46,079 nucleotides of DNA from Planctomicrobium sp. (GTDB lineage: Bacteria; Planctomycetota; Planctomycetia; Planctomycetales; Planctomycetaceae): contig DATMFC010000109.1 in NCBI GenBank assembly GCA_035556335.1, forward strand, positions 1 to 46,079, read 5' to 3'. How positions within the stretch are numbered: the stretch's first letter is position 1; each line of letters begins with the position of its first letter. Below, one piece after another: positions 1 through 10,103 of the stretch. Under the pieces are notes generated by a model, which saw only the letters and a program-made list of their open reading frames with translations, was not told the DNA's origin and made no database searches. The translations under genes and the position numbers were made by a program.

Positions 1-1
1 A

Positions 2-844
2 ACGCATTCCGTTCTTCCTCCACGTCAAGGAGGCCCTGGGGTGAGTAATTCAACGGCGCCTCCTGAAGACGGCAGCTATCCCCCTGGGAATGAGTCAGTA
101 TTTCCATTTGCCCGGCAAAGCGCGCATGTTTTTCTGCTTCCATTTTACGATCAGGCAGCGCTGTTCCAAAAGATTCAGGCAGCACCGGATCAGCCCTGGA
201 ATGGTGGGGTCTATCAAGTTCAGATCAGCACGCTGGCCTGTCCAAGTTCTCCTCGCCCGTACAATCTGACTCCAGTGGGATATACGAATTACGGATACTG
301 CGCCGGTGATACAAGGGAAGGAAATTCCCGGAGAGTCCGCGGGTTGTTCGGGTTTCAGTCCAGTGTTCGTTTCAGAGATATTACGGACGGATTGAGCAAT
401 ACGATTGCCATGGGAGAGCGCGGCGTCAGTATGCAGGCAAAAGATATTAATTCTGGCTTGGTCACCAGTGACCAGAATTCCCCCGGACAATGTACGGATT
501 GGTTTCCGGGAACAACCTATCCATCTAATTATGGGACCGAGGAATACCCAGGTTTATTCTGGAGTGACGGGGGAACATTGATGACATCGTTCAGCACAGG
601 TGCGCCTCCCAACAAATCGCAATGTGTTTGGTATGCCCCTGATCGAGGTGGTTGGCTGGCCGCGTCCAGTCATCATGTCGGTGGTGTCCATATCCTGATG
701 GCAGATGGCTCAGTGCAGTTCATCAGCAACAGCATCGATGCAGGAACGCAAAACGCGAACCCGGTGACGAGCGGACAAAGTCCGTATGGTGTCTGGGGAG
801 CGTTGGGCTCCAAGGGTGGCGGAGAAGTTGCTCAGCAGTTTTAA
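2..844 (+). CDS. DUF1559 domain (prepilin-type) protein, 5'-truncated by window edge
   Basis: Frame is open from position 2 (THSVLPPRQGG..., the usual HNYHDTH..LPP segment). Also LLPFYDQ, 'FRDITDGLSNTIAMGE' and the C-terminal H-X9-DG motif SHHVGGVHILMADGSVQFIS. Confidence 0.9.
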   Translation, partial: THSVLPPRQGGPGVSNSTAPPEDGSYPPGNESVFPFARQSAHVFLLPFYDQAALFQKIQAAPDQPWNGGVYQVQISTLACPSSPRPYNLTPVGYTNYGYCAGDTREGNSRRVRGLFGFQSSVRFRDITDGLSNTIAMGERGVSMQAKDINSGLVTSDQNSPGQCTDWFPGTTYPSNYGTEEYPGLFWSDGGTLMTSFSTGAPPNKSQCVWYAPDRGGWLAASSHHVGGVHILMADGSVQFISNSIDAGTQNANPVTSGQSPYGVWGALGSKGGGEVAQQF

Positions 845-1092
845 GAGCGACCTGCATAATAACATCCCCCCCGCGCCACATAGTGAACAGTTTTTTCCTG
901 TTCGAGAATCGCGCTGCGCGGAAACATGGTAAAGCGATCTGACTCTTTTGATTCAGTTCGTACCGCTACCGTTGTAAACACTGCCAGCCTTCCTTCGGTT
1001 TCAGCAACTCGATTTCATACCCCCAAAAAACTGATCGAAAACACATGTGTTCAGCCGTCCCCAACCGGATTACGAAAGGTCCGCGAACGACC

Positions 1093-3735
1093 ATGATGAT
1101 CTCCAAACACCTGAAGACCTTTTTCTTGATGGTGATGTTGCTCCAGATTTCATCTGTCGCCCTGGCCATTGAGTTCCCGTTGACAGGTGATTCGACTCAG
1201 TGGAATACCAGTGCTGGGGGAAAAACCACGATCCAGGTTCATTCCCGGAATCCACTCCAGGTCGAGGTGAATGTCGGAGGTGGAACGGAAGGGTTTCCCT
1301 CACTCAACTGGGGAACTCCTGAGCCACAGGACTGGCGTCTGTATAACCGCATTTCCTGTGAAGTGCTTCTGGAAAGCACTGCACCGGGGATTCAAAAAGG
1401 GGGAAAATATATTGCCTTCTGTCTGTATGACCGTGAATGTCGCCACGAAAGTATCGAAGGGAAACCGGCCAAGCAGCAGTGCATCAACGTCAACCTGACA
1501 GAGGGGAAGTGGCAGGAGATTACTGTCGACCTGACGGGGCTGATGCGATCCGCGGTCTCCAGCATGGATGTCTATCTGTATGATATGCCGCATAACTATC
1601 CGCATACCTACAAGATGACATTCAGGAACATGCGTCTGGTCGGAGAAGACCCGAATAAAACACTGTTTGATGGTGCCGTCTTCGAACCAAAAGCATTCAA
1701 GGGAACTGCCAAAGACGCTTTTCATACTCTTGAAACCGGGGATGGCCTGAAGATCACGCTGGCATCCAACGGCGGAATCCAGAAGATTGCAACGTCGGGG
1801 CAAGTCATCGGAGATGGACGTTCACAGACCTCCGGAATTCTTGTTCGTGACGCCAAAACCAATCAAATCCCCGTCATGCCTGGAGGAGTGATTGAGAAAA
1901 CAGCCGACGGGATTCGACAGACAGCAGAGATCAAAGATCTCAATCTGAAACTCAACGCAACCTATCGGGCTGAGAAAACTCGAATTGTTGTCGATGGAAA
2001 AATCGAGTCGACAGTCTCGGCAGACCGCGCCATCACAGTGTATGTCGCCCTCCCGATTCAATCTGCCCCGACATGGGAGTGGTTTCTCGATCTGAATCGA
2101 TCGGTTCGCCCATTTGAGGAGATGAAGAAGGTTCCGACATTCGAAGCCCAGAATCCCACATTTCCCATTTCAGTTTTGTCAGACGCTCAACGTCGACGAG
2201 GAATTGGACTGCTGATCGATCAGCAGCGTCCGGTTCAGTTTCGACTCGCGGTCAATCCGCGCGAACGGCTGATGTATGCCGCCTTTGATTTTGGACTGAT
2301 TCCGGAACAACGTTTCGATGGACGAAACATGTTGGAGGCCGAGTTTCATCTCGAAATCATTGCAGTCGAACCCGCCTGGGGCATCCGTAGCGGAGTCGCC
2401 AAACTGTATGAGCTTCATCCGGAGAATTTTGTTGATCGAGTGGGACATGGAGGTGGTTGGGAGGTTGATGGGGCTCGTCGTAAAGCCCAGAATTCCCAGG
2501 AAGACTTGGTCGCAAGTGGTCTCCGGTTTGAGTGGACTGCTGCTGAAAATGATCAGGAAACCTGGGAGTGGAATGCCCGGAACGGTGTGAAGAACCTGAT
2601 TTACATTGAACCCGACTTTTTGCAATTCAGCATGGGAGACCTGCCTGCTCCGACGACTCCGGACGCGAAGAACCGGTTGGAAAAGCTTTCTACCGGGGAT
2701 GAGCAGGAATGGTCTGTGTTTCTTCCACTGCATTATTCCAAGGCGGCCATCAGTAATCGGCATCTTAGTCAACGCGATCAGCGGGAGTATCTGTCAAAAC
2801 TCCTTGCCAGCCAGAATGCCAGCGTCATGCATGACGTTCATGGTGAACCTGTCCTGGGGTTGGGATACCGTCCCGGATGGATTGGAGATTCTGGATTTGG
2901 AGTCATGTCTCCTGCGAATCTCGCTCCCGCGATTCCCGATGGTCGGGGATCGATGATTATCCACGACTACTTTAAATATTTTGATGAAGCCATCTCCAAA
3001 CTGGGGTGGAGCCCGATCGATGGTTTCTGTCTCGACAGCTTTCTGGAAGTTCCTAACGATTATCGTCGCGAGAACTTCGTATATATGCAGTCTCCGGTCG
3101 CATTTGATCCCGTGACCAAGCAGCCTATTTCTCCTAAAGGGTTTGGAGCAGTCGAATGGTTAAGGGAGGTTCGTAAAGAGTTTGCACCGCGAAATGTCAT
3201 TATTATGGGCAATTGCTTTGGTCCCATGACGTTCACCGCCCCCGTCCTTGATGTCTTCGGGCTGGAGAATACACAGGTCATTGAGCCTCAGTATTATCGG
3301 GTGATTGCTGGTCCTAAACGTCCGATTACATTTCTCCCATATGATCCTCCGTCGCAAGCCATTCTGGATTACCACGTCTTTTGGGGGATTTATCCCGGTC
3401 GGGATGTTCCTGTCTCTGTGCTTAAGCCAATGATTCCGGTCCTCGACAGGCTCTATCAGGCGACATGGCAACCGGTCACAGGCGTCCGTTCGGAATTTCA
3501 GGAGATTCAGATCGAACGTTACGGACTGAAGACGGATGAAGCGATCTATATCGCCGTGCATAATCCCACGTCAAATGAAGGGGCAATTGACCTGAAACTG
3601 GAGATGGGACGCATCGGCACACGAACCCGGGCCGAAGGCATCTATAACGAGACAGCCTCAGGTCCCCTTCAGGGAAATCGACTGCGTCTTCACATCGGAA
3701 AAATGCAAACCAAGATCATCCGACTGGATCGGTAG
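1093..3735 (+). CDS. Large secreted hypothetical protein, possibly a glycoside hydrolase-like enzyme
   Basis: Long ORF (896 aa from 1045; ATG at 1093 more plausible). Sec-type signal (KHLKTFFLMVMLLQISSVALA), N-terminal beta-rich region, and acidic motifs DGFCLDS and LDVFGLE. No family confidently recognised. Confidence 0.6.
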   Translation: MMISKHLKTFFLMVMLLQISSVALAIEFPLTGDSTQWNTSAGGKTTIQVHSRNPLQVEVNVGGGTEGFPSLNWGTPEPQDWRLYNRISCEVLLESTAPGIQKGGKYIAFCLYDRECRHESIEGKPAKQQCINVNLTEGKWQEITVDLTGLMRSAVSSMDVYLYDMPHNYPHTYKMTFRNMRLVGEDPNKTLFDGAVFEPKAFKGTAKDAFHTLETGDGLKITLASNGGIQKIATSGQVIGDGRSQTSGILVRDAKTNQIPVMPGGVIEKTADGIRQTAEIKDLNLKLNATYRAEKTRIVVDGKIESTVSADRAITVYVALPIQSAPTWEWFLDLNRSVRPFEEMKKVPTFEAQNPTFPISVLSDAQRRRGIGLLIDQQRPVQFRLAVNPRERLMYAAFDFGLIPEQRFDGRNMLEAEFHLEIIAVEPAWGIRSGVAKLYELHPENFVDRVGHGGGWEVDGARRKAQNSQEDLVASGLRFEWTAAENDQETWEWNARNGVKNLIYIEPDFLQFSMGDLPAPTTPDAKNRLEKLSTGDEQEWSVFLPLHYSKAAISNRHLSQRDQREYLSKLLASQNASVMHDVHGEPVLGLGYRPGWIGDSGFGVMSPANLAPAIPDGRGSMIIHDYFKYFDEAISKLGWSPIDGFCLDSFLEVPNDYRRENFVYMQSPVAFDPVTKQPISPKGFGAVEWLREVRKEFAPRNVIIMGNCFGPMTFTAPVLDVFGLENTQVIEPQYYRVIAGPKRPITFLPYDPPSQAILDYHVFWGIYPGRDVPVSVLKPMIPVLDRLYQATWQPVTGVRSEFQEIQIERYGLKTDEAIYIAVHNPTSNEGAIDLKLEMGRIGTRTRAEGIYNETASGPLQGNRLRLHIGKMQTKIIRLDR

Positions 3736-3905
3736 CAAGTATCGAATCCACTGTTTCTCAATAAACTCCCTCATTCTGGTAAGTCTGGTCGGGAGTGTCT
3801 GTCTCTCGATTTGATCACCCCAGCATGGTGTGCCGGCAGGGGGGCATCCGTTCTACTTCCAGCCTGCGCCGCTGTGAACCATTCACAACCTGAAAGGAAA
3901 AATTG

Positions 3906-5621
3906 ATGACATTGAGAATTCGACGTGAAACCGGATTGCTTTTGACCTGGCTCTCCGTGATCACGCTGACGATGCCGCTTCAACCGATACTTGCAGAGGG
4001 ACGACCAGAACAGTTGCATTGCGCAAAGCCGACTCCGCAACAGGTGGACTGGTTATCTCGCAACTCGATGTTTATCTGCCTGGACCCGTGTACCTGGCAG
4101 GGAAAGGAATACGACGATCATTCTCTTTCCGCCTCAGCCATCAATCCGAAAAAGCTGGACACGAACCAATGGTGCGAAGTTGCCAGGAGCTGGGGTGCAA
4201 GTCAACTGCTCTTTGTTGCGAAGCACACCGGAGGATTTTGCTGGTGGCAAACAGACACTTCGAAATACGGTGTCAAAGAGAGTTCTTACAAAGGGGGCAA
4301 CGGAGATGTTCTGGCGGAGTTGGCCGAATCCGCCAGAGCTCACGGTTTGAAGATGGCGATTTACGTCTCTCCTATCGATGACCAGTGGCGCGCTGGTCCC
4401 GGTGGACGAACAGCCAATCCGGATGATCAGCTGAAGTACAATGAAGTGTATCGACAGCAAATGATTGAAGTCCTTTCAAAATATGGCCCGATGGTGGAAG
4501 TCTGGTTCGACGGCAGTTTGATCATTCCAGTTCAAGACATCGTCGAACAGTACGCCCCCACTGCAATGCAGTTTCAGGGGCCACATGCAACGATTCGCTG
4601 GTCCGGCAATGAGAATGGAATCGCCCCCTATCCGACCTGGCAAACCGTGAGAAAGGCAGACGCCGAATCGGGAATCGCCACCGCGGCCCATAGCGATCCG
4701 AATGGAGATGTCTGGCTTCCCTTTGAGATCAACACCACGCTGCTGGACCACAAATGGTTCTGGGCACCTGATACTGATTCGATGATGAAGAGTCTGCCAA
4801 GGTTAATGGAGACCTATTACACATCCGTCGGCAGAGGATGCCCGCTTTTGCTTAACTCCACTCCAGACACAACCGGACTGATCCCGGACTCTCACGTCGC
4901 TCGCTACAAGGAGTTCGCTGCCGAAGTCCAACGACGCTTCGGTCATGCCGTCGCGGAATCGAAAGGTGGAACCGGAATAGAATTCAAACTGACTTTTCCA
5001 AAGACATCCCGGATTAACCATGTGATTCTGGCGGAAGATGTTCGGGAGGGACAACGCATTCGTGAATACGTTGTCGAGGGATTACAGGGCAATCAATGGA
5101 TCACACTTGTCCCCAACGGTTCTTCAGTGGGATATAAAAGAATTGACCGTTTTCCAACCCAGGAAGTCACCGCATTGCGTCTACGTGTGACGAAATCGGC
5201 AGACGAACCGATCGTCACCAGGCTTGCCGCTTACGCTGTCGAGGGGATCGAAGAGGAATTGAATGCCACTCAAGAATCAGATAACGCGATTGAGCGTGAC
5301 TGGGTCGAAGTGATCGCCTGGACTCCGGAACTCATTGAACAGAATCACGGCATCTTCGATATTTCCAAACACATCAAAAAGCCAGGAGAGTTTCGAATGA
5401 CGATCACCGATGCCGAGGGAAATCTCGTTGAGATGGAGAATGTCGAGCTGTTCATTCAGGATCGACTTGCCAAAGACCGTGTCCGAAAAAACAGTCATGA
5501 AGATTCGGAATACCTGCTTTACCGAATGGAACAGGTAACGAAAGAAACTCCGACAAAATTGAAAATCGTCCCCCGCGATAAGACTGTGAAGGGAACCGTT
5601 CGGTTAAGGCTGGCGAAATAG
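3906..5621 (+). CDS. GH29 alpha-L-fucosidase-like protein with C-terminal F5/8-like domain
   Basis: PTPQQVDW, DTNQWCEVARSWGA..LFVAKHTGGFCWW, EVWFDG (nucleophile Asp), IRWSGNENG, YYTSVGRG.PLLLN, and EDVREGQRIREY. Signal peptide; GAAAGGA RBS upstream. Confidence 0.85.
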   Translation: MTLRIRRETGLLLTWLSVITLTMPLQPILAEGRPEQLHCAKPTPQQVDWLSRNSMFICLDPCTWQGKEYDDHSLSASAINPKKLDTNQWCEVARSWGASQLLFVAKHTGGFCWWQTDTSKYGVKESSYKGGNGDVLAELAESARAHGLKMAIYVSPIDDQWRAGPGGRTANPDDQLKYNEVYRQQMIEVLSKYGPMVEVWFDGSLIIPVQDIVEQYAPTAMQFQGPHATIRWSGNENGIAPYPTWQTVRKADAESGIATAAHSDPNGDVWLPFEINTTLLDHKWFWAPDTDSMMKSLPRLMETYYTSVGRGCPLLLNSTPDTTGLIPDSHVARYKEFAAEVQRRFGHAVAESKGGTGIEFKLTFPKTSRINHVILAEDVREGQRIREYVVEGLQGNQWITLVPNGSSVGYKRIDRFPTQEVTALRLRVTKSADEPIVTRLAAYAVEGIEEELNATQESDNAIERDWVEVIAWTPELIEQNHGIFDISKHIKKPGEFRMTITDAEGNLVEMENVELFIQDRLAKDRVRKNSHEDSEYLLYRMEQVTKETPTKLKIVPRDKTVKGTVRLRLAK

Positions 5622-5772
5622 ATCCGAACGATCCTCACGAATTTGATCACCAATCATCAGGCCGTCCGTCTCTCGCACGCAGTTCGGGATGACGGACAGT
5701 CTGTTTGGGTTCATCATTGGGACCGTCGTAGAATGACGATCACAATTCACACGCGACGACTGACAAGGTGAC

Positions 5773-7086
5773 ATGTCCATGCCTATCACTTCCCGGAAGT
5801 TTCCCCGCAGGGAATTTCTTGCAGCCACGATCGGAGCTTCATTGGCAACTTGCGCTGGCAGGTTAATGGCAGATCGAACCGGCCAATCAATGCCTGTGAC
5901 TGGAGAGGAAATCCCGGAATTGGCCCCCTTCGACACGTTAATGACCTCTTTCGTCGAAGAGCAGAAAGTTCCCGGTGCTTCTCTGGCCGTCTCACACCAG
6001 GGACGACTGGTCTACGCACGTGGTTTCGGTTATTCAGATGTTGAACGACAACAACCGGTTCAACCCACCGACTTATTCCGGATTGCCAGTGTCTCTAAAC
6101 CCATCACTGCTGTTGCCGTAATGCAACTCGTCGAGCAGGGCAAACTGCCACTGGATGATCATGTACTGGCCCGCATGAACCTTCCAGACGAATGGAGACA
6201 GCAAAGCAAACTCGATCCCCGTTGGGAAAAGATCACAATTCGTCATTGCCTGCAACATCGGGGAGGCTGGGATCGCGCCATCTCCTTCGATCCGATCGGT
6301 CGTCCTCGGGAGATTGCAGACACACTGGGAATCTCATTTCCGGTCCGTCCGAATGACATCATTCATTATATGCTAAGTCAACCACTGGATTTTGATCCCG
6401 GCAACCGCACAGCTTATTCCAATTTCGGATATCTGGTTCTCGGCAGGATTATTGAAGTTGCCACAGGGGAACCATATGAACAGTACGTTCAGAAGCAGGT
6501 GTTTGAAAAAATCGGTGTCACTCGTCCCCGATTGGGACATGCTCTGGAAAACCTGCGAGCGAAGGGAGAGGTTCGTTATTACGATCCGGGAAATCATACC
6601 GCCCCGGCGATATTTCCGCCTCAGATTGGACAAACAGTTCCCGTTCAATATGGCGCTGAAAATCTGGATGGATACGCAGCTCACGGGGGCTGGATCGCCT
6701 CGGCTGTGGACCTCGTGAAATTCGCTGACGCTTTTCATAATCCTTCCTGTTGCAAGCTCCTGAGTGAATCGTCAATCAAAACAATGTGGGAACGCCCCGA
6801 TGGACTTGCCGGCTTCGATGAATCCGGTCGTCCCCGTGACTCCTACTATGGCTGCGGATGGAGCGTTCGTCCGATGACGGAGGGGAAAGCCAATCAATGG
6901 CATCATGGTCGGATTACGGGGACAAGCACCCTGCTGGTCCGCCGGTACGATGGAATCACATGGGCGATCCTGTTCAATTCCCATGTGAATCGGAACGGAG
7001 AGGCGCTGGCATCGTTAATCGATGGTCCATTGCATCAGGCAGCGAATCAGGTGGCTACCTGGCCGAGTCGTGAGTTGACGATCTGA
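5773..7086 (+). CDS. Serine hydrolase, beta-lactamase class C/PBP family, Tat-exported
   Basis: FRIASVSK (SxxK), AYSNFGY (YxN), and Tat motif PRREFLAA. Confidence 0.9.
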   Translation: MSMPITSRKFPRREFLAATIGASLATCAGRLMADRTGQSMPVTGEEIPELAPFDTLMTSFVEEQKVPGASLAVSHQGRLVYARGFGYSDVERQQPVQPTDLFRIASVSKPITAVAVMQLVEQGKLPLDDHVLARMNLPDEWRQQSKLDPRWEKITIRHCLQHRGGWDRAISFDPIGRPREIADTLGISFPVRPNDIIHYMLSQPLDFDPGNRTAYSNFGYLVLGRIIEVATGEPYEQYVQKQVFEKIGVTRPRLGHALENLRAKGEVRYYDPGNHTAPAIFPPQIGQTVPVQYGAENLDGYAAHGGWIASAVDLVKFADAFHNPSCCKLLSESSIKTMWERPDGLAGFDESGRPRDSYYGCGWSVRPMTEGKANQWHHGRITGTSTLLVRRYDGITWAILFNSHVNRNGEALASLIDGPLHQAANQVATWPSRELTI

Positions 7087-7235
7087 GTCAGCGATAGACG
7101 AGGAAATCAAGGTTCATCCTGAGTTTCTGAGATTTCACTCACAGGCTCAGTGAAGCCTGGCAACCATGATTCTCATCGGATCAAAGTGATTCCCTGCTTC
7201 TGATCGGTTTCCTGCATCTCCGAAAGGTTTGTCGC

Positions 7236-8801
7236 ATGCTGATCCTTTCTCTCTTCAGTCGGATCCTTCAGTGGCCTCCGGTTCAGGGCTTACTGCTGAC
7301 CAGTCTGGTCCTCTCAATGATCTGGCACTGTTTGCATTCAGTTAGCCAGGCGGCCCCTCCCAATGTGATTCTCATCAATGCCGACGACTTGGGGTATGGC
7401 GATACCGGAGCTTATGGTGCCAAACAGATCGCGACGCCCAATATCGATCGACTTGCCATGGAAGGAATCAGGTTTACGAACGGATATGCAACGTCAGCGA
7501 CCTGCACTCCATCGAGATATTCGATGTTGACGGGGGAATATGCCTGGCGAAAAAAAGGAACCGGCATTCTGCCGGGAGATGCCTCGTTGATTATTCCCCC
7601 CGGGACCACGACGTTGCCTGCCATTTTTCAACGGGCGGAATACCGCACTGGAGTCGTCGGGAAATGGCATCTCGGTTTGGGAATCAGCGGGATCGACTGG
7701 AACGGTTCAATCCGGCCTGGACCGTTGGAAATCGGATTCGACGAATCCTTCATCATGGCTGCAACGGGTGACCGGGTCCCCTGTGTCTATGTCAGAAACC
7801 ACCACGTCGTCGGACTCGAAAAAGAAGATCCTCTGAAGGTCCACTACCAGAAACCATTTCCCGGCGAGCCCCTGGGAAGAACTCATCCAGAATTGTTGAG
7901 GATGCATCCCAGCAAGGGACATGACATGGCCATTGTCAATGGCATTTCACGAATCGGTTACTTCACCGGAGGGAAGGCCGCGTTATGGAAAGATGAAGAC
8001 ATGGCCGATACCTTCACGGCAGAAGCGGTCCGTTTTCTGGAAACTCATCAGGCGAAACCCTTCTTTTTGTATTTTGCATTGCATGATCCTCATGTGCCGA
8101 GAGTCCCTCATCCCCGGTTTGTCGGCAAGACGGAACTTGGCCCTCGGGGGGATGCGATCGTTCAGGCGGACTGGTGCGTTGGAGAAGTTCTCAACACACT
8201 CGACCGACTCCAGCTTTCCGACCAGACGCTGGTGATCTTCACCAGTGACAACGGCCCCTACATTGATGACGGGTATCAGGATCAGGCCAGGGAAAAACTA
8301 AAAAATCACTCTCCCAGCGGACCGTTGCGCGGCGAAAAGTATAGCCGGTATGAGGGAGGAACTCGGGTGCCGTTCATTGTCCGCTGGACCGGTCACATTT
8401 CCCCGGGAGTCAGCGATGCCCTCGTCTGTCAGATTGATCTGGCAGCCACGCTGGCAGCGCTGGTGGACATCCCTCTCCAGCCCAAAGATGTTCCCGACAG
8501 TTTCAACCTCTTGCCCGCAATTCTCGGGAAATCTCCAACAGGACGGGAGTATGTGGTGCAGCAGGGAAACGACGGTCTGGCACTGAGGAGTGGTTCCTGG
8601 AAGTACATCCCTCCAGACAACCGTCAGGACATATCGAAAAGTGCGAAGTCGGACTCCCCAATCGCCCCTTTGTCAGAGCTTTATGATTTGAATTCTGATC
8701 CGGGGGAACGAATCAATCTGGCGGAGAAATTCCCTGAACTCGTGCAAATGTTACAGGTTCAACTGGAACTGATTCTTGCCGCTAACCGGACGCAATTTTG
8801 A
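7236..8801 (+). CDS. Arylsulfatase family (FGly-dependent S1) sulfatase
   Basis: PNVILINADDLGYGD, CTPSRYSMLTG (CxPxR), GKWHLG, FTSDNG, YEGGTRVP, and ELYDLNSDPGERINLA. Confidence 0.95.
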   Translation: MLILSLFSRILQWPPVQGLLLTSLVLSMIWHCLHSVSQAAPPNVILINADDLGYGDTGAYGAKQIATPNIDRLAMEGIRFTNGYATSATCTPSRYSMLTGEYAWRKKGTGILPGDASLIIPPGTTTLPAIFQRAEYRTGVVGKWHLGLGISGIDWNGSIRPGPLEIGFDESFIMAATGDRVPCVYVRNHHVVGLEKEDPLKVHYQKPFPGEPLGRTHPELLRMHPSKGHDMAIVNGISRIGYFTGGKAALWKDEDMADTFTAEAVRFLETHQAKPFFLYFALHDPHVPRVPHPRFVGKTELGPRGDAIVQADWCVGEVLNTLDRLQLSDQTLVIFTSDNGPYIDDGYQDQAREKLKNHSPSGPLRGEKYSRYEGGTRVPFIVRWTGHISPGVSDALVCQIDLAATLAALVDIPLQPKDVPDSFNLLPAILGKSPTGREYVVQQGNDGLALRSGSWKYIPPDNRQDISKSAKSDSPIAPLSELYDLNSDPGERINLAEKFPELVQMLQVQLELILAANRTQF

Positions 8802-8829
8802 ATGCCTGTCAATGCGTACTATCGGCTAG

Positions 8830-9026
8830 TACTACAGTTCCACTTGTTGAAAAGCTCAATGTTTTGCACGTTATTATTAAGATGGAAACGGTCTTGGGAG
8901 GGCGAGGCTCCCGCCGAGCCGCAAACCAAAGGAACGCGTGACCTTTCATGCGGCTCAGCAGGAACTTCGCCCTCCCGCATGCCTGACCATCGTAAAATAA
9001 GAAAAACACAATCTGCAACTGTAGTA
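8830..9026. mobile_element. MITE-like non-autonomous element with 13-bp terminal inverted repeats
   Basis: TACTACAGTTCCA (8830-8842) and TGCAACTGTAGTA (9014-9026) are inverted at 12/13. Flanked by CTAG (8826-8829) and CTAA (9027-9030). A second left end, TACTACAGTTCCACTT, follows at 9031-9046. Confidence 0.6.
8896..8976. repeat. REP doublet (REPIN-like), family GGGAGGGCGA, copy 1
   Basis: 28-bp inverted arms around a 25-nt spacer. Near-identical copies at 37472-37552 and 39589-39668. Confidence 0.9.
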
Positions 9027-9161
9027 CTAATACTACAGTTCCACTTTTTATGATTCGTGGATCTGGTGTATTTCTCTGTCGAAGAGGAAGGCGCGATGTC
9101 AGGGACGATCACGCAATGGGATTTGCTTTGGGTTTGCTATGGAACGACACGCAAAAATGTA

Positions 9162-9998
9162 TCACATTGGGAACTGATGATTGACTGACGAAGAACGCAC
9201 CATGAACTCCAGGATTCTTATTGCATCTTCATAGGTCGTCGAGTGGCCGCCATCTTTCCGGTGAATTAATAACACAGGATGATTGAGTTGTTGCAAGACA
9301 TCTGCAAGACGTTGAGCACTCGCCGGAGGAACGACTGTGTCGTTCCCTCCCGTTGTGAGTCCAATGGGCATCGTAAGACGTTCCGGCCAGTATTCCGCAC
9401 TCCGCTTTTTATATTCGTCTGGAATCTCTAGTTTCGTTCCACCGAATGAGCTTGCAATCGCCGGTTGAAAATTCTGAAACTCCAGATGATTTGCTGTAGG
9501 ATTCATCGCTGCGACCCCGTTGATTAACTCAGGGTGGAGCGCAGCAAAAGTTAATGCCGAAGAACCACCCATCGATCCGCCGCAGAGAAAAACACGGTTG
9601 ATCGTGTATTTTGCTTTGAGTTCCCTGATGATCTGAATGAGATCCGCTTCCGCCTGAGGCCCCATCCATGAGGTCTTCGCCCGATAGTCCGGCGATACGT
9701 AGATCATTCCATACCGTGATGCAATATCTCTGGCAGCGCGGCATTCGTCACGGGTGTTTTTAGCGAACTGCCAGCGGTCACTCCCATGCCCGTGGAGGGC
9801 GATCAGTAGATCCGGTGGTGATAAGGAGGCAACATCCGGTTCGATTAGAACGTAACGTTGTTCGGTTCCGTCAACCCTGGCGGCAAATGTCACGTCGACC
9901 AGTTCCGCCCCCCAGCTGATGGAACACAACCACAAACCGAACAAGACGCCCAATATCTGTCTGGAAATCATAGAATCTAATTCCGGTATTATTGCCAT
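9162..9998 (-). CDS. Secreted alpha/beta hydrolase (esterase/S9-like)
   Basis: ALHGHG, nucleophile elbow GGSMGG, Asp in GGNDTVV, His in DGGHST, and a signal peptide. Start at 9998 or 9971, because the longer ORF runs into the REP. Confidence 0.85.
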   Translation of the reverse strand: MAIIPELDSMISRQILGVLFGLWLCSISWGAELVDVTFAARVDGTEQRYVLIEPDVASLSPPDLLIALHGHGSDRWQFAKNTRDECRAARDIASRYGMIYVSPDYRAKTSWMGPQAEADLIQIIRELKAKYTINRVFLCGGSMGGSSALTFAALHPELINGVAAMNPTANHLEFQNFQPAIASSFGGTKLEIPDEYKKRSAEYWPERLTMPIGLTTGGNDTVVPPASAQRLADVLQQLNHPVLLIHRKDGGHSTTYEDAIRILEFMVRSSSVNHQFPM

Positions 9999-10028
9999 TG
10001 GGTTTGTTCTGCTACAAACTTCATGTCT

Positions 10029-10062
10029 GGTAGGGTGCATGGAGCGCAAGCGAAATGCACCA
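10029..10062 (+). repeat. REP (GTAG-foot) left of RAYT
   Basis: GGTAGGGTGCATGGAGCGCAAGCGAAATGCACCA: a GTAG tetranucleotide followed by a GGTGCAT...ATGCACC hairpin. Confidence 0.9.
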
Positions 10063-10103
10063 CTCATTCACGTTCATGCTTATTTGATCGGGAAAAAGCC
10101 ACG

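Noticed and set aside
5773-7086. Beta-lactam resistance gene
   Set aside because: Generic SxxK serine hydrolase; nothing indicates AmpC-type activity.
8802-9112. Short ORFs containing WEGEAPAEP / GSAGASPS (also at 37360-37728 and 39365-39817)
   Set aside because: These are translations of the REP doublets, not genes.
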